64,000 nucleotides of DNA from an uncultured Holophagales bacterium (GCA_963842525.1 CAWJGT010000034.1:352001-416000); one strand, 5' to 3'. Shown: positions 1 through 10,005, counted from the first letter of the stretch. Notes: generated from the letters alone by a model not told the origin. Made by a program: numbers and translations.

Positions 1-2988
1 CTGCGCCAGCTCCCCGCCGAGCAGCAGGAGCTGGAGGTGGGCGCCTGGCTGGAGGCGGAGCGGCGCCGCGGCTTCGACTGGTCGCAGCCGCCGTTGCTGC
101 GGTTCCACATCCACCTCCTGGACGAGGACACGTTCCAGAACAGCCTGAGCTTCCATCATTCCGTCCTCGACGGCTGGAGCGCCGCCACTCTGCGGACGGA
201 GCTGATGCGGGTCTATATGTCCACCCTGCGCGGCGAGGAGCTGCCGGAGCTTCCCCCGGACACCGGCTTCCGCGACTTCATCGCCCTCGAGCGGCAGGCC
301 CTGGAGTCCGCGGACACGCGGGAGATGTGGCTGCGGAACCTGGAGGGCGCCACAGCGACCCCGCTGCCGCGCTGGCCGCGGCCAAAGGTGGAGTCCCGCC
401 GGGGGCGCGACCTCTTCGTGCCCGTCTCTCCGGAGGTGGTGGACGGCTTGAAAAGGGCCGCCCGCCAGGCCGGCGTGCCGCTCAAGAGCATGCTCTGCGC
501 CTCCCACCTCAAGGTGATCCAGCTCGTCAGCGGCGAGAGCGACGTGATCATCGGCATCGTCGCCAACGGCCGCCCCGAGCAGGAGGGGGCCGACCAGTCC
601 CTGGGTCTCTTTCTCAACACGCTGCCCTTCCGGCTGCGCCTGGGGGAAGAGAGTTGGGCCGGGCTGGCGGAGGCCGCCTTTGCGCTGGAGCGTGACATGC
701 TCCCCCACCGCCGCTTCCCGCTGGTGGAGATCCAGGCCGCGCACGGCGGCCGGCCGCTCTTCGAGACGGTCTTCGGGGTGATCCAGTTCCACGTTTATAA
801 GGAGACCCGGGCCATCGGCGGCATTCAGGCCCTGTCCAGCTTCGGCTACGAAGAGACCAACTTCCCCCTCGGGGTCAACTTCGCGCTCGACGCCGAGGGC
901 TCGCAACTCGCCGTCCGCCTCAATTTCTCGGACGCCGAGATCGCCCTGGAGCAGGTCCGGACCATCGGCTCCTACTTCGAGCGGGCGCTGACAGCGATCG
1001 CCGACGCCCCCCGGCGCCCCCACGCCGAGGCTGCCCTGCTGAGCGAAGTGGAGCGCCGGCAGCTCTGCCACGACTGGAGCCGGGGCGGACCGGCGGCTCC
1101 CCGGGTCCACGCCGCCCGGCTGTTCGAGGAGCGCGTCCGGCAGGCTCCCGGCGCCCTGGCGGTGGTCGCCGACGGCGCCCGGCTCAGCCTGGGCGAGCTC
1201 GACCGGCAGGCCAACCAGGTGGCGCGGCTCCTCTCGGCGCGGGGCGTGGGGCCCGAATCGCGCGTCGCAGTCTGCCTCGACCGCTCTCCGGCCCTGCTGG
1301 TGGCCCTGCTCGCCATCTGGAAGGCCGGCGGAGCCTATGTGCCTCTCGACCCGTCCTATCCGTTCGAGCGCCTGAAGCTGATGCTCACGGACTCCCGGGC
1401 GGCGCTCCTGGTGACGGAGGACCCGCTGCTGGCCGCCCTGCCGGGCCCTCTCGAAGGGCTCCCGATCCTCCGCCTGGACGCCGACGCGTCGCTCATCGCG
1501 GCGGAGAGCGGCGATCCCCTGAAGGAGCCCCGGGATCCCGAGAGCCTGGCCTACGTCATCTACACGTCGGGCTCGACAGGCCTGCCCAAGGGGGTCCTGG
1601 TGCCGCATGGCGGCCTCGGCAACCTGGCCGCGGCGCAGACCGCGGCCTTCGATGTCCAGCCGGGAGACCGCGTCCTGCAGTTCGCCCCGGTGAGCTTCGA
1701 CGCTTCGGTGTCGGAGATCCTGCTTTCGTTGCTCGGCGGGGCGGAGCTCCACCTCGCCCCCGCGCCGCGGCTGATGCCCGGACCGGACCTCCTGGAGCTG
1801 CTCACCGAGCGGCGCATCACGCACCTGACGCTGCCGCCATCGGTCCTCGCCTCCCTGCCCGAGGCGCCGCTGCCGGACCTCCGGGTCCTGGTGTTGGCGG
1901 GCGAGGCCTGCCCGCCCGAGCTGGTCCGCCGCTGGAGCGGAGGACCGGCGGGCCGCACGGTGGTCAACGCCTACGGCCCCACCGAATCGACGGTCTGCGC
2001 CACCGCCGGCGATGCCGCGGGAGAGGGCGCGAGCCCTCTGGCGGGCGAGGGCAGGCTGGCGATCGGCCGGCCGATCACCGGCCTGCGCGTCCTTGTGCTC
2101 GACCGCACCCTGGCGCCGGCGCCCACCGGCGCTCCCGGCGAGATCCTGCTCGGCGGCGCCGGCCTCGCCCGCGGCTACCACGACCGGCCCGGCCTCACCG
2201 CCGAGAGATTCGTGCCCGACCCCTTCGGCTTCCCCGGCGGCGCGCCGGGCGAACGGCTCTACCGCACCGGCGATCTCGGGCGGTGGCTGCCGGACGGGAC
2301 CCTGGACTTCCTGGGCCGCATCGACCAGCAGGTCAAGATCCGGGGTTTCCGGATCGAGCCGGGCGAGGTCGCGGCGGCCCTCGAGCGCCATCCCTCCGTG
2401 CGCAACGCGGTGGTCGCGGCCTGGGACGCGGGTGGCGACCTGCGCCTGGCCGCCTGGGTCGTGCCGCGGGAGGAAGCCGCGGGCGAAGCGGCGGCGCTCC
2501 CGGCGCAGCTCGGCGGCTTCCTGCGGGCGTCCCTGCCGGCCCATATGGTGCCGTCGGCCTTCGTGATGATCGACGACCTGCCCCTCACACCCAGCGGCAA
2601 GCTGGACCGGGGCCGCCTGCCCCACCCCGGCTCCGTCCGCATCGGCCGCGAGGACCGCTACGTCGCCCCGCGCAACGCCACGGAGCAGCAGCTCGTCGAG
2701 ATCTGGGCCGGCGTGCTCGGTCTGGAACGGGTGGGCGTCGACGACAGCTTCCTGGAGCTGGGCGGGCACTCGCTCCTCGCCATGAAGCTCATCCTGCGCG
2801 TGCGCTCCGAGCTGGGGATCGACCTGCCGCTACGGATGCTCTACGGCACCAACACCCTGGCCGACATGGCCCTGGCAGTGGCGAACGCCGAGGCCCAGGG
2901 CCTCGACGCCGACCTTCTGGCCGAATTGCTGGAGGAGGTCGAGCAGACGTCGCCCGACCAGCTCGATGCGGAGCTCGCCGATGAATGA
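1..2988 (+). CDS. NRPS module C(DCL-like)-A-T, 5'-truncated by the window edge; A-domain code DASTVAAVCK (Tyr-like)
   Basis: C motif SFHHSVLDGWS and FETVFGVIQFHVY (DCL-like). A motifs YVIYTSGSTGLPKG, FDASVSE, NAYGPTE, YRTGD, QVKIRGFRIE, PLTPSGKLDR. PCP LGGHSL. Acidic C-terminal docking tail. Frame is open from the window start. Confidence 0.95.
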   Translation: MRQLPAEQQELEVGAWLEAERRRGFDWSQPPLLRFHIHLLDEDTFQNSLSFHHSVLDGWSAATLRTELMRVYMSTLRGEELPELPPDTGFRDFIALERQALESADTREMWLRNLEGATATPLPRWPRPKVESRRGRDLFVPVSPEVVDGLKRAARQAGVPLKSMLCASHLKVIQLVSGESDVIIGIVANGRPEQEGADQSLGLFLNTLPFRLRLGEESWAGLAEAAFALERDMLPHRRFPLVEIQAAHGGRPLFETVFGVIQFHVYKETRAIGGIQALSSFGYEETNFPLGVNFALDAEGSQLAVRLNFSDAEIALEQVRTIGSYFERALTAIADAPRRPHAEAALLSEVERRQLCHDWSRGGPAAPRVHAARLFEERVRQAPGALAVVADGARLSLGELDRQANQVARLLSARGVGPESRVAVCLDRSPALLVALLAIWKAGGAYVPLDPSYPFERLKLMLTDSRAALLVTEDPLLAALPGPLEGLPILRLDADASLIAAESGDPLKEPRDPESLAYVIYTSGSTGLPKGVLVPHGGLGNLAAAQTAAFDVQPGDRVLQFAPVSFDASVSEILLSLLGGAELHLAPAPRLMPGPDLLELLTERRITHLTLPPSVLASLPEAPLPDLRVLVLAGEACPPELVRRWSGGPAGRTVVNAYGPTESTVCATAGDAAGEGASPLAGEGRLAIGRPITGLRVLVLDRTLAPAPTGAPGEILLGGAGLARGYHDRPGLTAERFVPDPFGFPGGAPGERLYRTGDLGRWLPDGTLDFLGRIDQQVKIRGFRIEPGEVAAALERHPSVRNAVVAAWDAGGDLRLAAWVVPREEAAGEAAALPAQLGGFLRASLPAHMVPSAFVMIDDLPLTPSGKLDRGRLPHPGSVRIGREDRYVAPRNATEQQLVEIWAGVLGLERVGVDDSFLELGGHSLLAMKLILRVRSELGIDLPLRMLYGTNTLADMALAVANAEAQGLDADLLAELLEEVEQTSPDQLDAELADE

Positions 2989-5900
2989 AGCGGAGCGGCG
3001 GATCGCCTCCCTTTCCCCCAAGCAGCGCGAGCTGCTGATGCGCAAAATGCGGGAGCGCGGAACCCCGCCGGTCGCCCCCCGCACGCCCGAGATCCCAAGA
3101 ATTCCTGACGGGCCCACAGACCGCCACGCTCCCGTCCCCCCCACCGACTTCCAGGAAGCCCTGTGGCTGTCCCGGAGCGGCATCTTCGATCTCGGCGGCT
3201 CTGGGGCGAACGTCTATCTGGAATACGAGTTCCCCGGCATCGTCTGGCAGCTCGCCGCCAGCCTCAACGACGCCCTGCGAACCTTGATCGAACGGCACGA
3301 GATGCTGCGCACCGTCGTGCTCCCGGACGGCCAGCTCCAGCTCCTCTCCGAGGTGCCGCCCTACGAGGTCGAGGTCGCGGACCTGAGCGGGCGCGGCGCG
3401 GAGAGGATCGAGGAGCGCCGCCTCCAGATCCGCGAGGAGATGCGCTACGCCAATCGGCCGCCGGACCGCTGGCCGCTCTTCGAGATCGTCCTCCACCAGC
3501 TCGACGAGGGCAGGATCCGGCTGCACGCGCGCTTCGACCTGATCCTGATCGACGGCGCCGCCCGCGGCGTGCTCCTCTCGGAGCTGGTGCTGGTCCTCAA
3601 TCTCCCGGACCAGCCGCTGCCGGAGCTGGACGTGTCGTTCCTGGACCATGTCCGGGCGGTGGCCGCCTTCCGGGAGACCGAGACCTACGCCCGCGCCCAC
3701 GCCTACTGGATGGAGCGGCTGCCGCACCTGCCGCCCCCGCCGGTCCTTCCCCTGGCCCGTGCCCTCGCCCCCGAGGATGTGCCCAGGGTGGTCAAGCGCG
3801 ACCAGGAGGTGCTCGGAGCGGAGGACTGGCAGACGCTCTGCGGCCGGGCGGCCCGCGCCGGGATCACTCCCACCACCGCCGTCTCCGCAGCTTTCGCCGA
3901 GGTGCTGCGGTCGTGGAGCGCGGCCCCCGATTTCAGCGTGGGCTTCGGCGGCACCTACCGCCCCCCGATCCACCCCCACATCGAACGTGTTCTGGGCAGC
4001 TTCACGATCATCCACCTCCTGGCCTTCGAGGACGGTCCCGGCAGCTTCATCGACCGCGCCCGCCGCCTGCAGGAACGGATCGCCGCCGACCTCGACCACC
4101 AGGAGGTCTCGGGCCACCAGGTCCTGCGGGAATACAACCGGCTGCACCGGGTCGGCGCCCGCAGCGCCATGCCCATCCAGCTCAACAGCGTGGTCGGGTA
4201 CGGCTCCAACGCCCAGGCGGCGGCAGCGCCCCCGGCCTCGCCGGATGCTCCCGCGCCGGAGGGCGGCGCGCAGCCGGCGCCGCGGCCGATGATCCAGGTC
4301 GACCTGACCGAGGTGGACCTCCTGGCCACCCTCCCCCAGGTCCTGCTGTTCTGGGTCGTCCTGCCGAACCTGCAGGGCGGTCTCTCCCTGGTCAGCCAGG
4401 CCGTCGAGGAGGTGCTCCCCGGCGAGCTGGTCCCGGAGATGATCGAGGCCTACCGCGACCTGCTCTCCCGCCTCGCCACCCTGGACGCCGCGTGGTCCGA
4501 GGAGCGCCCCGCGCAGTGGGGAAAGAGCCGGCAGGAGGCGCTCCCCGCCGGTCCCACACCGGACGGAGCCGAGGACCTGTACCGCCGCATCGAGGAACAG
4601 GCGCGGACGAGCCCCGAGGCCCCGGCCCTGATCACCCCGAAAGGCACGCTCACCTACCGCGAGGTCCTCGACCGCGGCCCCCTCGCCGCCCTGGCTCCCG
4701 ATGGAAAGCCCCTGCCGGCAGGAACGGGCGCCGCCCTCCTGGACCTCGTCCACCGTCTGGAGCTGCGCCCCGGCGACCGTCTCTTCTCCCTGGCGCCCGC
4801 CGGCTCCCAGCCGGCCCTGGCCGACCTCCTGGCCTCCCTGGCCGCCGGTGCGGCCGTCGTGCTGCCGGCGCCCGGGGAGGAGCGCGATCCCGCCCGCCTC
4901 GCCGCGCTGGCGGCGCAGCACCGGGTCACCGTCTGGAGCTCGCCTCCGGCACTGCTGGAGGCCGTGGTCACCCACGCCGAAGGCCGCCGCCGGGCCGCCT
5001 TCCCTCCCCTGCGCCTGGCGCTGCTCCACCGCGACGCCGCGCCCTCTACGCTGGCGGCCCGCCTGGGAGCGCTCTGCCCCGGAGCACGCCTCACCTTCAC
5101 CTGGAGCTCTCCCGAGATACCCCTGGCCGCCGTGGCCGGGCCTTTCGCTCCTTCGGATCCGGCGGCGGAAGCCGCCTTCGAGCCCCTGGCCGGGCGCCGC
5201 CTCCAGGTCCTCGACGCAAGCGGCGTCCCGCGGCCGGCGTGGGCTCTCGGAGAGCTGTGGGCCGGGGGGCCCGACGGGCCCCTGGCGTACACCGGCGAGC
5301 GGGCGCAGCTCCTTCCGGACGGCAGGATCGCATTGCGGGGCGCCGGCACGGCGCCGCCGCCGGAGGCGCTGGGGTACGGCGCGGAGACGCGGTTCGTCGA
5401 GAGCGCCCTGCAACGGCACCCGGCCCTGCGTCACGCCCTGGTGGAATGGCGGGCCGGGGGGCCGCGAGGCCGGCTCCTGGCCTGGGTTCTGCCGCGCCCG
5501 GGCCGCCCGCCCTCCGCCAAGGAGCTGCGCCGCCACCTGCGCGCCGCAGGCCTGCCCGCGCACATGGTGCCGGACAGCTTCACCTTCCTGGAGCGCCTCC
5601 CCCTGACAGCGGACGGGGCCGTGGACCGCAGCCTCCTGCTGCCGCCGCCCTCGGCGGAGCCCGCCGCGGCGCCGGGAGCCTGGGGAGAGGTGGAGACGGA
5701 GCTGGCGGCGCTCTGGGAGGAGGTCCTGGGGCGACGCCCCACGACCCTGGACGACGACTTCTTTCTGTCGGGGGGGGACTCGGTGGCCGCGGTGCGGCTG
5801 CTCGCCCGCGTCACCCGTCGCTGGGGACGGGACGTGGACCCCGGCGAGCTCTTCGCGCGTCCGACCCTGGCGGGCCTGTCCGCCGCCGTGCGCCGTGGAG

Positions 5901-7420
5901 CCGGCCTCTCCTCCCGTTCCCCGCTTCCCCTCCCCGCCTGGGCTCGGGGCGCGGGCTCCCGGCTCGCCGGGCTCGGCCGGCGTCTGGCGGCGGCCGTTCC
6001 CGCCCTCCAGACAGGCAACCTCGCAAGACGGACCGCATCGCACGGTCTGCGCATGTACGCCATCCTCTGGATCGGACAGACCGTCTCCGGCATGGGGACG
6101 GCGCTCGGGACCTTCGCCTTGGGGGTCTGGCTTTTCCAGGAGACGAAATCGGTAACCCAGTTCTCAGGGCTGATGCTCTCCAGCGTCATCACCGGCCTGC
6201 TCCTGAACCCGGTCGCCGGGTCGTTGGCCGACCGCGTCGACCGCCGCCGGGTGCTGTTCCTCTGCAATTTGGCCTCGATGGCGATGACGCTCACCCTGGC
6301 GACGGCTCTCTGGCAGGGCTTCATGAGGCCCGAATACAGCTACATCATGGCGGTGGGCATGACCTGTATCGGCGTCCTGCAAGGCCCGGCTTTCGTCGCC
6401 TCGATCAGCACGCTGGTACCACGCCACCTCCTGGTCCGCATCACCAGCATGGCGCAGACCTCCGGGATGGTCCTCGCCATGATCGCCCCCCTGCTGGCAG
6501 GCTTCCTGGTGGGGAAGCTCAGCTACCACGGCGTGATCTTCATCGACGCCTGCACCTTCCTGTTCGCCGCCCTGACGCTGTTGCTGGTGCGCATCCCTCA
6601 ACCGCCGGCCTCCCAGCACTCGGGCCGCGACAACCCCTTCTACCGCGACATCCTCGTCGGCTTCAGCTATGTCAAGGCCCGGCCGGGCCTGCTCAGCCTC
6701 CTGATCCTCTTCGGCATCTCGAACTTCTCCATCGGCACGGTGCAGATCCTGCTGACGCCTCTCATCCTGAGCTTCGCCACCCCCGAGCAACTGGGCAGCG
6801 TGAACTCCGCCGCCCTCGCCGGGCTCTTCCTCGGTGGTCTGGTCCTCAGCATCTGGGGCGGGCCGCAACGGAAGGTCTGGAGCATCTTCGGCGCCCTGGT
6901 CGCCCAGGCGCTCATCCTGTTCCTGGGCGGCCTGCAGCCCAACCTGCAACTGGTGATGGGCGCCGTCTTCGCCTTCATGCTCGCCGGCCCCTTCGTGGGC
7001 AACAGCAGCCAGGCGATCTGGCAGAGCAAAGTGCCTCTGGACCTCCAGGGCCGCGTCTTCGCCGTGCGCGGCCTCATCGCCACCGGGGCCCTGCCGCTGG
7101 CCTACTCCATCGCAGGACCTCTCGCCGACCACGTCTTCGAGCCCATGCTCTCTCCCGGCGGGCTGCTCGCCGGCACGGTGGGCCGGGTGATCGGCGTCGG
7201 CGACGGGCGCGGCGTCGGCTTCCTCTTCATACTCCTGGGGGCCCTCGTCCTTACCGCCACCCTGGCCTCCTTCCTCAACCCGCGCCTGCGCAACGTGGAG
7301 ACCGAGATCCCCGACGCTGCCGGTCCCGATCACGAACCCGATTCCTCGGCTCCCACGCCGGGCAATCCGAGCCTCGCAATCGGCCCTCAGGAGGCGATGA
7401 CCCAACCGTCAGCTCGATGA
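2981..7420 (+). CDS. NRPS-like fusion: docking helix, degenerate Cy domain, truncated inactive A domain, PCP, C-terminal MFS transporter
   Basis: ATG at 2981 overlaps the upstream stop. Cy motifs PTDFQEALWLSR..LGG, RHEMLR, DLILIDG, LPPPPVLPLA. PCP FFLSGGDSVAA. MFS motifs WIGQTVSGMG, GSLADRVDRRRV, WQSKVPLDLQGRVFA with many hydrophobic helices. Confidence 0.85.
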   Translation: MNEAERRIASLSPKQRELLMRKMRERGTPPVAPRTPEIPRIPDGPTDRHAPVPPTDFQEALWLSRSGIFDLGGSGANVYLEYEFPGIVWQLAASLNDALRTLIERHEMLRTVVLPDGQLQLLSEVPPYEVEVADLSGRGAERIEERRLQIREEMRYANRPPDRWPLFEIVLHQLDEGRIRLHARFDLILIDGAARGVLLSELVLVLNLPDQPLPELDVSFLDHVRAVAAFRETETYARAHAYWMERLPHLPPPPVLPLARALAPEDVPRVVKRDQEVLGAEDWQTLCGRAARAGITPTTAVSAAFAEVLRSWSAAPDFSVGFGGTYRPPIHPHIERVLGSFTIIHLLAFEDGPGSFIDRARRLQERIAADLDHQEVSGHQVLREYNRLHRVGARSAMPIQLNSVVGYGSNAQAAAAPPASPDAPAPEGGAQPAPRPMIQVDLTEVDLLATLPQVLLFWVVLPNLQGGLSLVSQAVEEVLPGELVPEMIEAYRDLLSRLATLDAAWSEERPAQWGKSRQEALPAGPTPDGAEDLYRRIEEQARTSPEAPALITPKGTLTYREVLDRGPLAALAPDGKPLPAGTGAALLDLVHRLELRPGDRLFSLAPAGSQPALADLLASLAAGAAVVLPAPGEERDPARLAALAAQHRVTVWSSPPALLEAVVTHAEGRRRAAFPPLRLALLHRDAAPSTLAARLGALCPGARLTFTWSSPEIPLAAVAGPFAPSDPAAEAAFEPLAGRRLQVLDASGVPRPAWALGELWAGGPDGPLAYTGERAQLLPDGRIALRGAGTAPPPEALGYGAETRFVESALQRHPALRHALVEWRAGGPRGRLLAWVLPRPGRPPSAKELRRHLRAAGLPAHMVPDSFTFLERLPLTADGAVDRSLLLPPPSAEPAAAPGAWGEVETELAALWEEVLGRRPTTLDDDFFLSGGDSVAAVRLLARVTRRWGRDVDPGELFARPTLAGLSAAVRRGAGLSSRSPLPLPAWARGAGSRLAGLGRRLAAAVPALQTGNLARRTASHGLRMYAILWIGQTVSGMGTALGTFALGVWLFQETKSVTQFSGLMLSSVITGLLLNPVAGSLADRVDRRRVLFLCNLASMAMTLTLATALWQGFMRPEYSYIMAVGMTCIGVLQGPAFVASISTLVPRHLLVRITSMAQTSGMVLAMIAPLLAGFLVGKLSYHGVIFIDACTFLFAALTLLLVRIPQPPASQHSGRDNPFYRDILVGFSYVKARPGLLSLLILFGISNFSIGTVQILLTPLILSFATPEQLGSVNSAALAGLFLGGLVLSIWGGPQRKVWSIFGALVAQALILFLGGLQPNLQLVMGAVFAFMLAGPFVGNSSQAIWQSKVPLDLQGRVFAVRGLIATGALPLAYSIAGPLADHVFEPMLSPGGLLAGTVGRVIGVGDGRGVGFLFILLGALVLTATLASFLNPRLRNVETEIPDAAGPDHEPDSSAPTPGNPSLAIGPQEAMTQPSAR

Positions 7421-7460
7421 GCGTTCCACAGAGCTGACTTTCTGATCCGGAGGATCCAAG

Positions 7461-8792
7461 GTGATTGAGAATCGACAAATCAGGATCAGCGGAGCCGAGA
7501 TGCGCCAGACCGGCTCGCTACGCAGAGCGATCGAGAAAAGGGTGGGACCGGGGGCGCTGCGCTGGTACGTCACGGCCGCAGACCGCAGCGAGCTGGTGGT
7601 AGAGGCCACCATCGACACCGAAGCCAAGGCAGTGGCCGGCGAGACGCCAGCCGACCCGGGCGAGCGACCTCTCTATCCCGGCAAGGTCGCGGTCGTCAGT
7701 ATCGTCCCCACCGGCGTCGGCTGCTCTATCGGCGGCTATGCCGGTGACGCCGCGCCGGTCACCAACCTGCTCGCGGCGACCGCCGACTATCTGATCACCA
7801 ATCCCAACGCGGTCAACGCCTCCGATTTCATCAGCCTGGAGAGCAATGTTCTCTATACCGAGGGCTTCTGCATCGACCTGCTGGCCAAGGGCGAGATCGA
7901 TCTCTATGTGCCCTTCGCCAATCGCGTGGGGCTGATCGTCGAGCGGGCCGAGCCCGCAGCGCTCGACGCGGTCTTCAACGTGGTCAACACCGTGCGCGCC
8001 GTCCATGGGGTGGACATCGTCGACTGCGTTGTCACGCAACGGCCGCTCGGCAGCCGCTGCATCAAGAGCCGCTCGGGCGCCTTCGTCGGCACCGTCGAGC
8101 ATCCTGAGGTGTTGCTCGAAGCCTGCCGCCGGCTGATCGACCAGGGAGCGAATGCCATTGCGGTGACCTCCCAAATCCAGGACCTGCCGCCGGACGATTA
8201 CGTGCAGCACTTCGCCGGCGCCGGCGACGCGCCCAACCCCATGGGTGGTGTCGAGGCCGTCGTCTCTCACCTGATCGTAGACCGCTTCCGCGTGCCGGCG
8301 GCGCACGCGCCGATGCTCAACCAGAAGGAGCTGGATCTGCTCGATCGCGTGGTCGATGCCCGCGCCGGCGGTGAGATGTCGTCGGCGAGCGGTCTCGCCT
8401 GCGTGTTGATCGGATTGCGGCGAGCGCCGCAGCTCGCGCGCACGCCGCGGCTGCGCGCAGCCGATGTCCTCAACGTGAATAACCTTCTCGCGGTGGTGGC
8501 GCCGGCCGGCTGCCTGGGGGGCATCCCGGTGCTTTGCGCCATTGAACGCGGCATCCCGGTCATCGCAGTGGCGGCGAACGAGACCATCCTTTCGGTGGGG
8601 AGCGCCGCGCTTGGCATCGAGGATGAGGTGATCGAGGCGCGCAGTTATGCCGAGGCCGCGGGGTTGCTCCTCGCGTTCCGGCGCGGGATCTCTTCCGACA
8701 GCCTGACCCGGCCGTTGAAAACTTTGCGGCACCGCCGCTCATTGATCACGGCCGTGGAGAAGCCCCGGATTGGCAGGCGTGCAACTGGATAG
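7461..8792 (+). CDS. DUF3326 family protein
   Basis: Motifs IVPTGVGCSIGGYAGDA, LITNPNAVNA, NPMGGVEAVVSH, PAAHAP, ARSYAEAAG. GTG start after GGAGG. Confidence 0.8.
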   Translation: MIENRQIRISGAEMRQTGSLRRAIEKRVGPGALRWYVTAADRSELVVEATIDTEAKAVAGETPADPGERPLYPGKVAVVSIVPTGVGCSIGGYAGDAAPVTNLLAATADYLITNPNAVNASDFISLESNVLYTEGFCIDLLAKGEIDLYVPFANRVGLIVERAEPAALDAVFNVVNTVRAVHGVDIVDCVVTQRPLGSRCIKSRSGAFVGTVEHPEVLLEACRRLIDQGANAIAVTSQIQDLPPDDYVQHFAGAGDAPNPMGGVEAVVSHLIVDRFRVPAAHAPMLNQKELDLLDRVVDARAGGEMSSASGLACVLIGLRRAPQLARTPRLRAADVLNVNNLLAVVAPAGCLGGIPVLCAIERGIPVIAVAANETILSVGSAALGIEDEVIEARSYAEAAGLLLAFRRGISSDSLTRPLKTLRHRRSLITAVEKPRIGRRATG

Positions 8793-8802
8793 GCTGATCG
8801 GC

Positions 8803-8845
8803 CCGAACGGGTCGCACGTGCCCTGGACGATCAGGGTCGGGGTGC
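8803..8845. repeat. 43-bp direct repeat, copy 1 (fragment of the hydrolase gene; copy 2 at 14427-14469)
   Basis: ccgaacgggtcgcacgtgccctggacgatcagggtcggggtgc matches 14427-14469 at 40/43 positions. Confidence 0.85.
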
Positions 8846-9754
8846 CTACAGGAACAGCAACGCCACCCCGGCCACGGCCACCATGGCGCCGGCCACGCCG
8901 CCCACCCCGACCCGCTCGCCGCGCAGGACCACGACCAGCGGGATGATCAGCACCGGCGACAGCGCCATGATGCTCGCCGCCACACCGGCCACCGTCTCGC
9001 GGATCGCGATCAGCGACAGCGTCACCGCCACGAATGGTCCGCAGAACGCGCCCAGGGCCGAGAAGCCGAGGGCCTTGCCGTCCCGCAGGCCCGACCACAC
9101 CCTGGGCCACCAGCCCAGGACGAAGAACAGGATCGTATAGCCGGCCAATCCGGCGATGACCCGCACCTCGGTCGCTGCCTGCGCGTTGCCGTAACCGGCC
9201 ATGCCGATCTTGCTGAGGATCAGCCCGCCCGCCTGTCCCAGGGCGCCGCCGAAGCCGAGAGCGATCCCCGCGGGAGTGACGTGTACAGGGAGAGCCGTCT
9301 CGACCGCTGCGGGCGGCCGTTTCCTCTCCAGAATCGCCCAGGCGATGCCGGTGACCGTCAGCGTCATGCCCAGCAGATCGCGCGGCGTGAGCGTCTCCCC
9401 GAGGGCCAGCCAGCCGAGAAGCGCCGTGAGCGGCGGCACCAGAGCCATCATCAGCGTCGAGAGGCGCGGGCCCAGGACCAGGTAAGACCGGTAGAGGCAG
9501 AGGTCGCCGAAGGTGAAGCCCACCAGGCCGGAGATCGACAGCCACACCCACGCGTGCGGCGGCGCGTCGACCGGCAGAGGCATGCCGCGAAAGGCCCAGC
9601 TCGCCAGGGCATGGAAGGCCAGGGCAAAGACCAGCCGCACCAGGTTGACGGTGAGCGATCCAATCCGGCGTGACGCACCATCGATCGCCATCGCCGTACA
9701 GGCCCAGAGGGCGGCGGCCCCAAGCGCCGCGAGCTGACCGGTGTAAGCGGACAC
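8846..9754 (-). CDS. DMT/EamA family transporter
   Basis: 302 aa with ~10 TM helices in two EamA halves; SGLVGFTFGD motif. Confidence 0.9.
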   Translation of the reverse strand: MSAYTGQLAALGAAALWACTAMAIDGASRRIGSLTVNLVRLVFALAFHALASWAFRGMPLPVDAPPHAWVWLSISGLVGFTFGDLCLYRSYLVLGPRLSTLMMALVPPLTALLGWLALGETLTPRDLLGMTLTVTGIAWAILERKRPPAAVETALPVHVTPAGIALGFGGALGQAGGLILSKIGMAGYGNAQAATEVRVIAGLAGYTILFFVLGWWPRVWSGLRDGKALGFSALGAFCGPFVAVTLSLIAIRETVAGVAASIMALSPVLIIPLVVVLRGERVGVGGVAGAMVAVAGVALLFL

Positions 9755-9821
9755 GGAGGCAGAGCTTACCGCGGGACCTCACCCCCTGTCCCCGTAGTCC
9801 CTAGCTTTTCGCCGAAGGGAC

Positions 9822-9964
9822 CCCTGGGAGCGCCGGCGTCCCGCCGGCCCGGAGCTTGGCCGGCCGCTGAGGCATCGTCAGACACCACCGCCGCTCCAGC
9901 GGTCGGCGGCTCCGTCTCCGCCATAGCCTCGTTGAGAGCCGGCGAGACGCCGGCGCTCCCAGGG
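9822..9964. repeat. REP-like inverted repeat pair (27-bp arms)
   Basis: ccctgggagcgccggcgtcccgccggc (9822-9848) is the reverse complement of 9938-9964 with 1 mismatch. Confidence 0.8.
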
Positions 9965-10005
9965 CACACCCACCCCGACCCGGCTGCTACCAGGCGCCGG
10001 CAGGC

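Noticed and set aside
2789-6043. Very long antisense or alternate-frame ORFs (e.g. 2789-6043, 3163-7437, 19394-22297, 30036-33020, 55179-57731)
   Set aside because: Shadow ORFs expected at ~70% GC. They are Arg/Pro/Gly-rich or mirror real genes and show no domain motifs.
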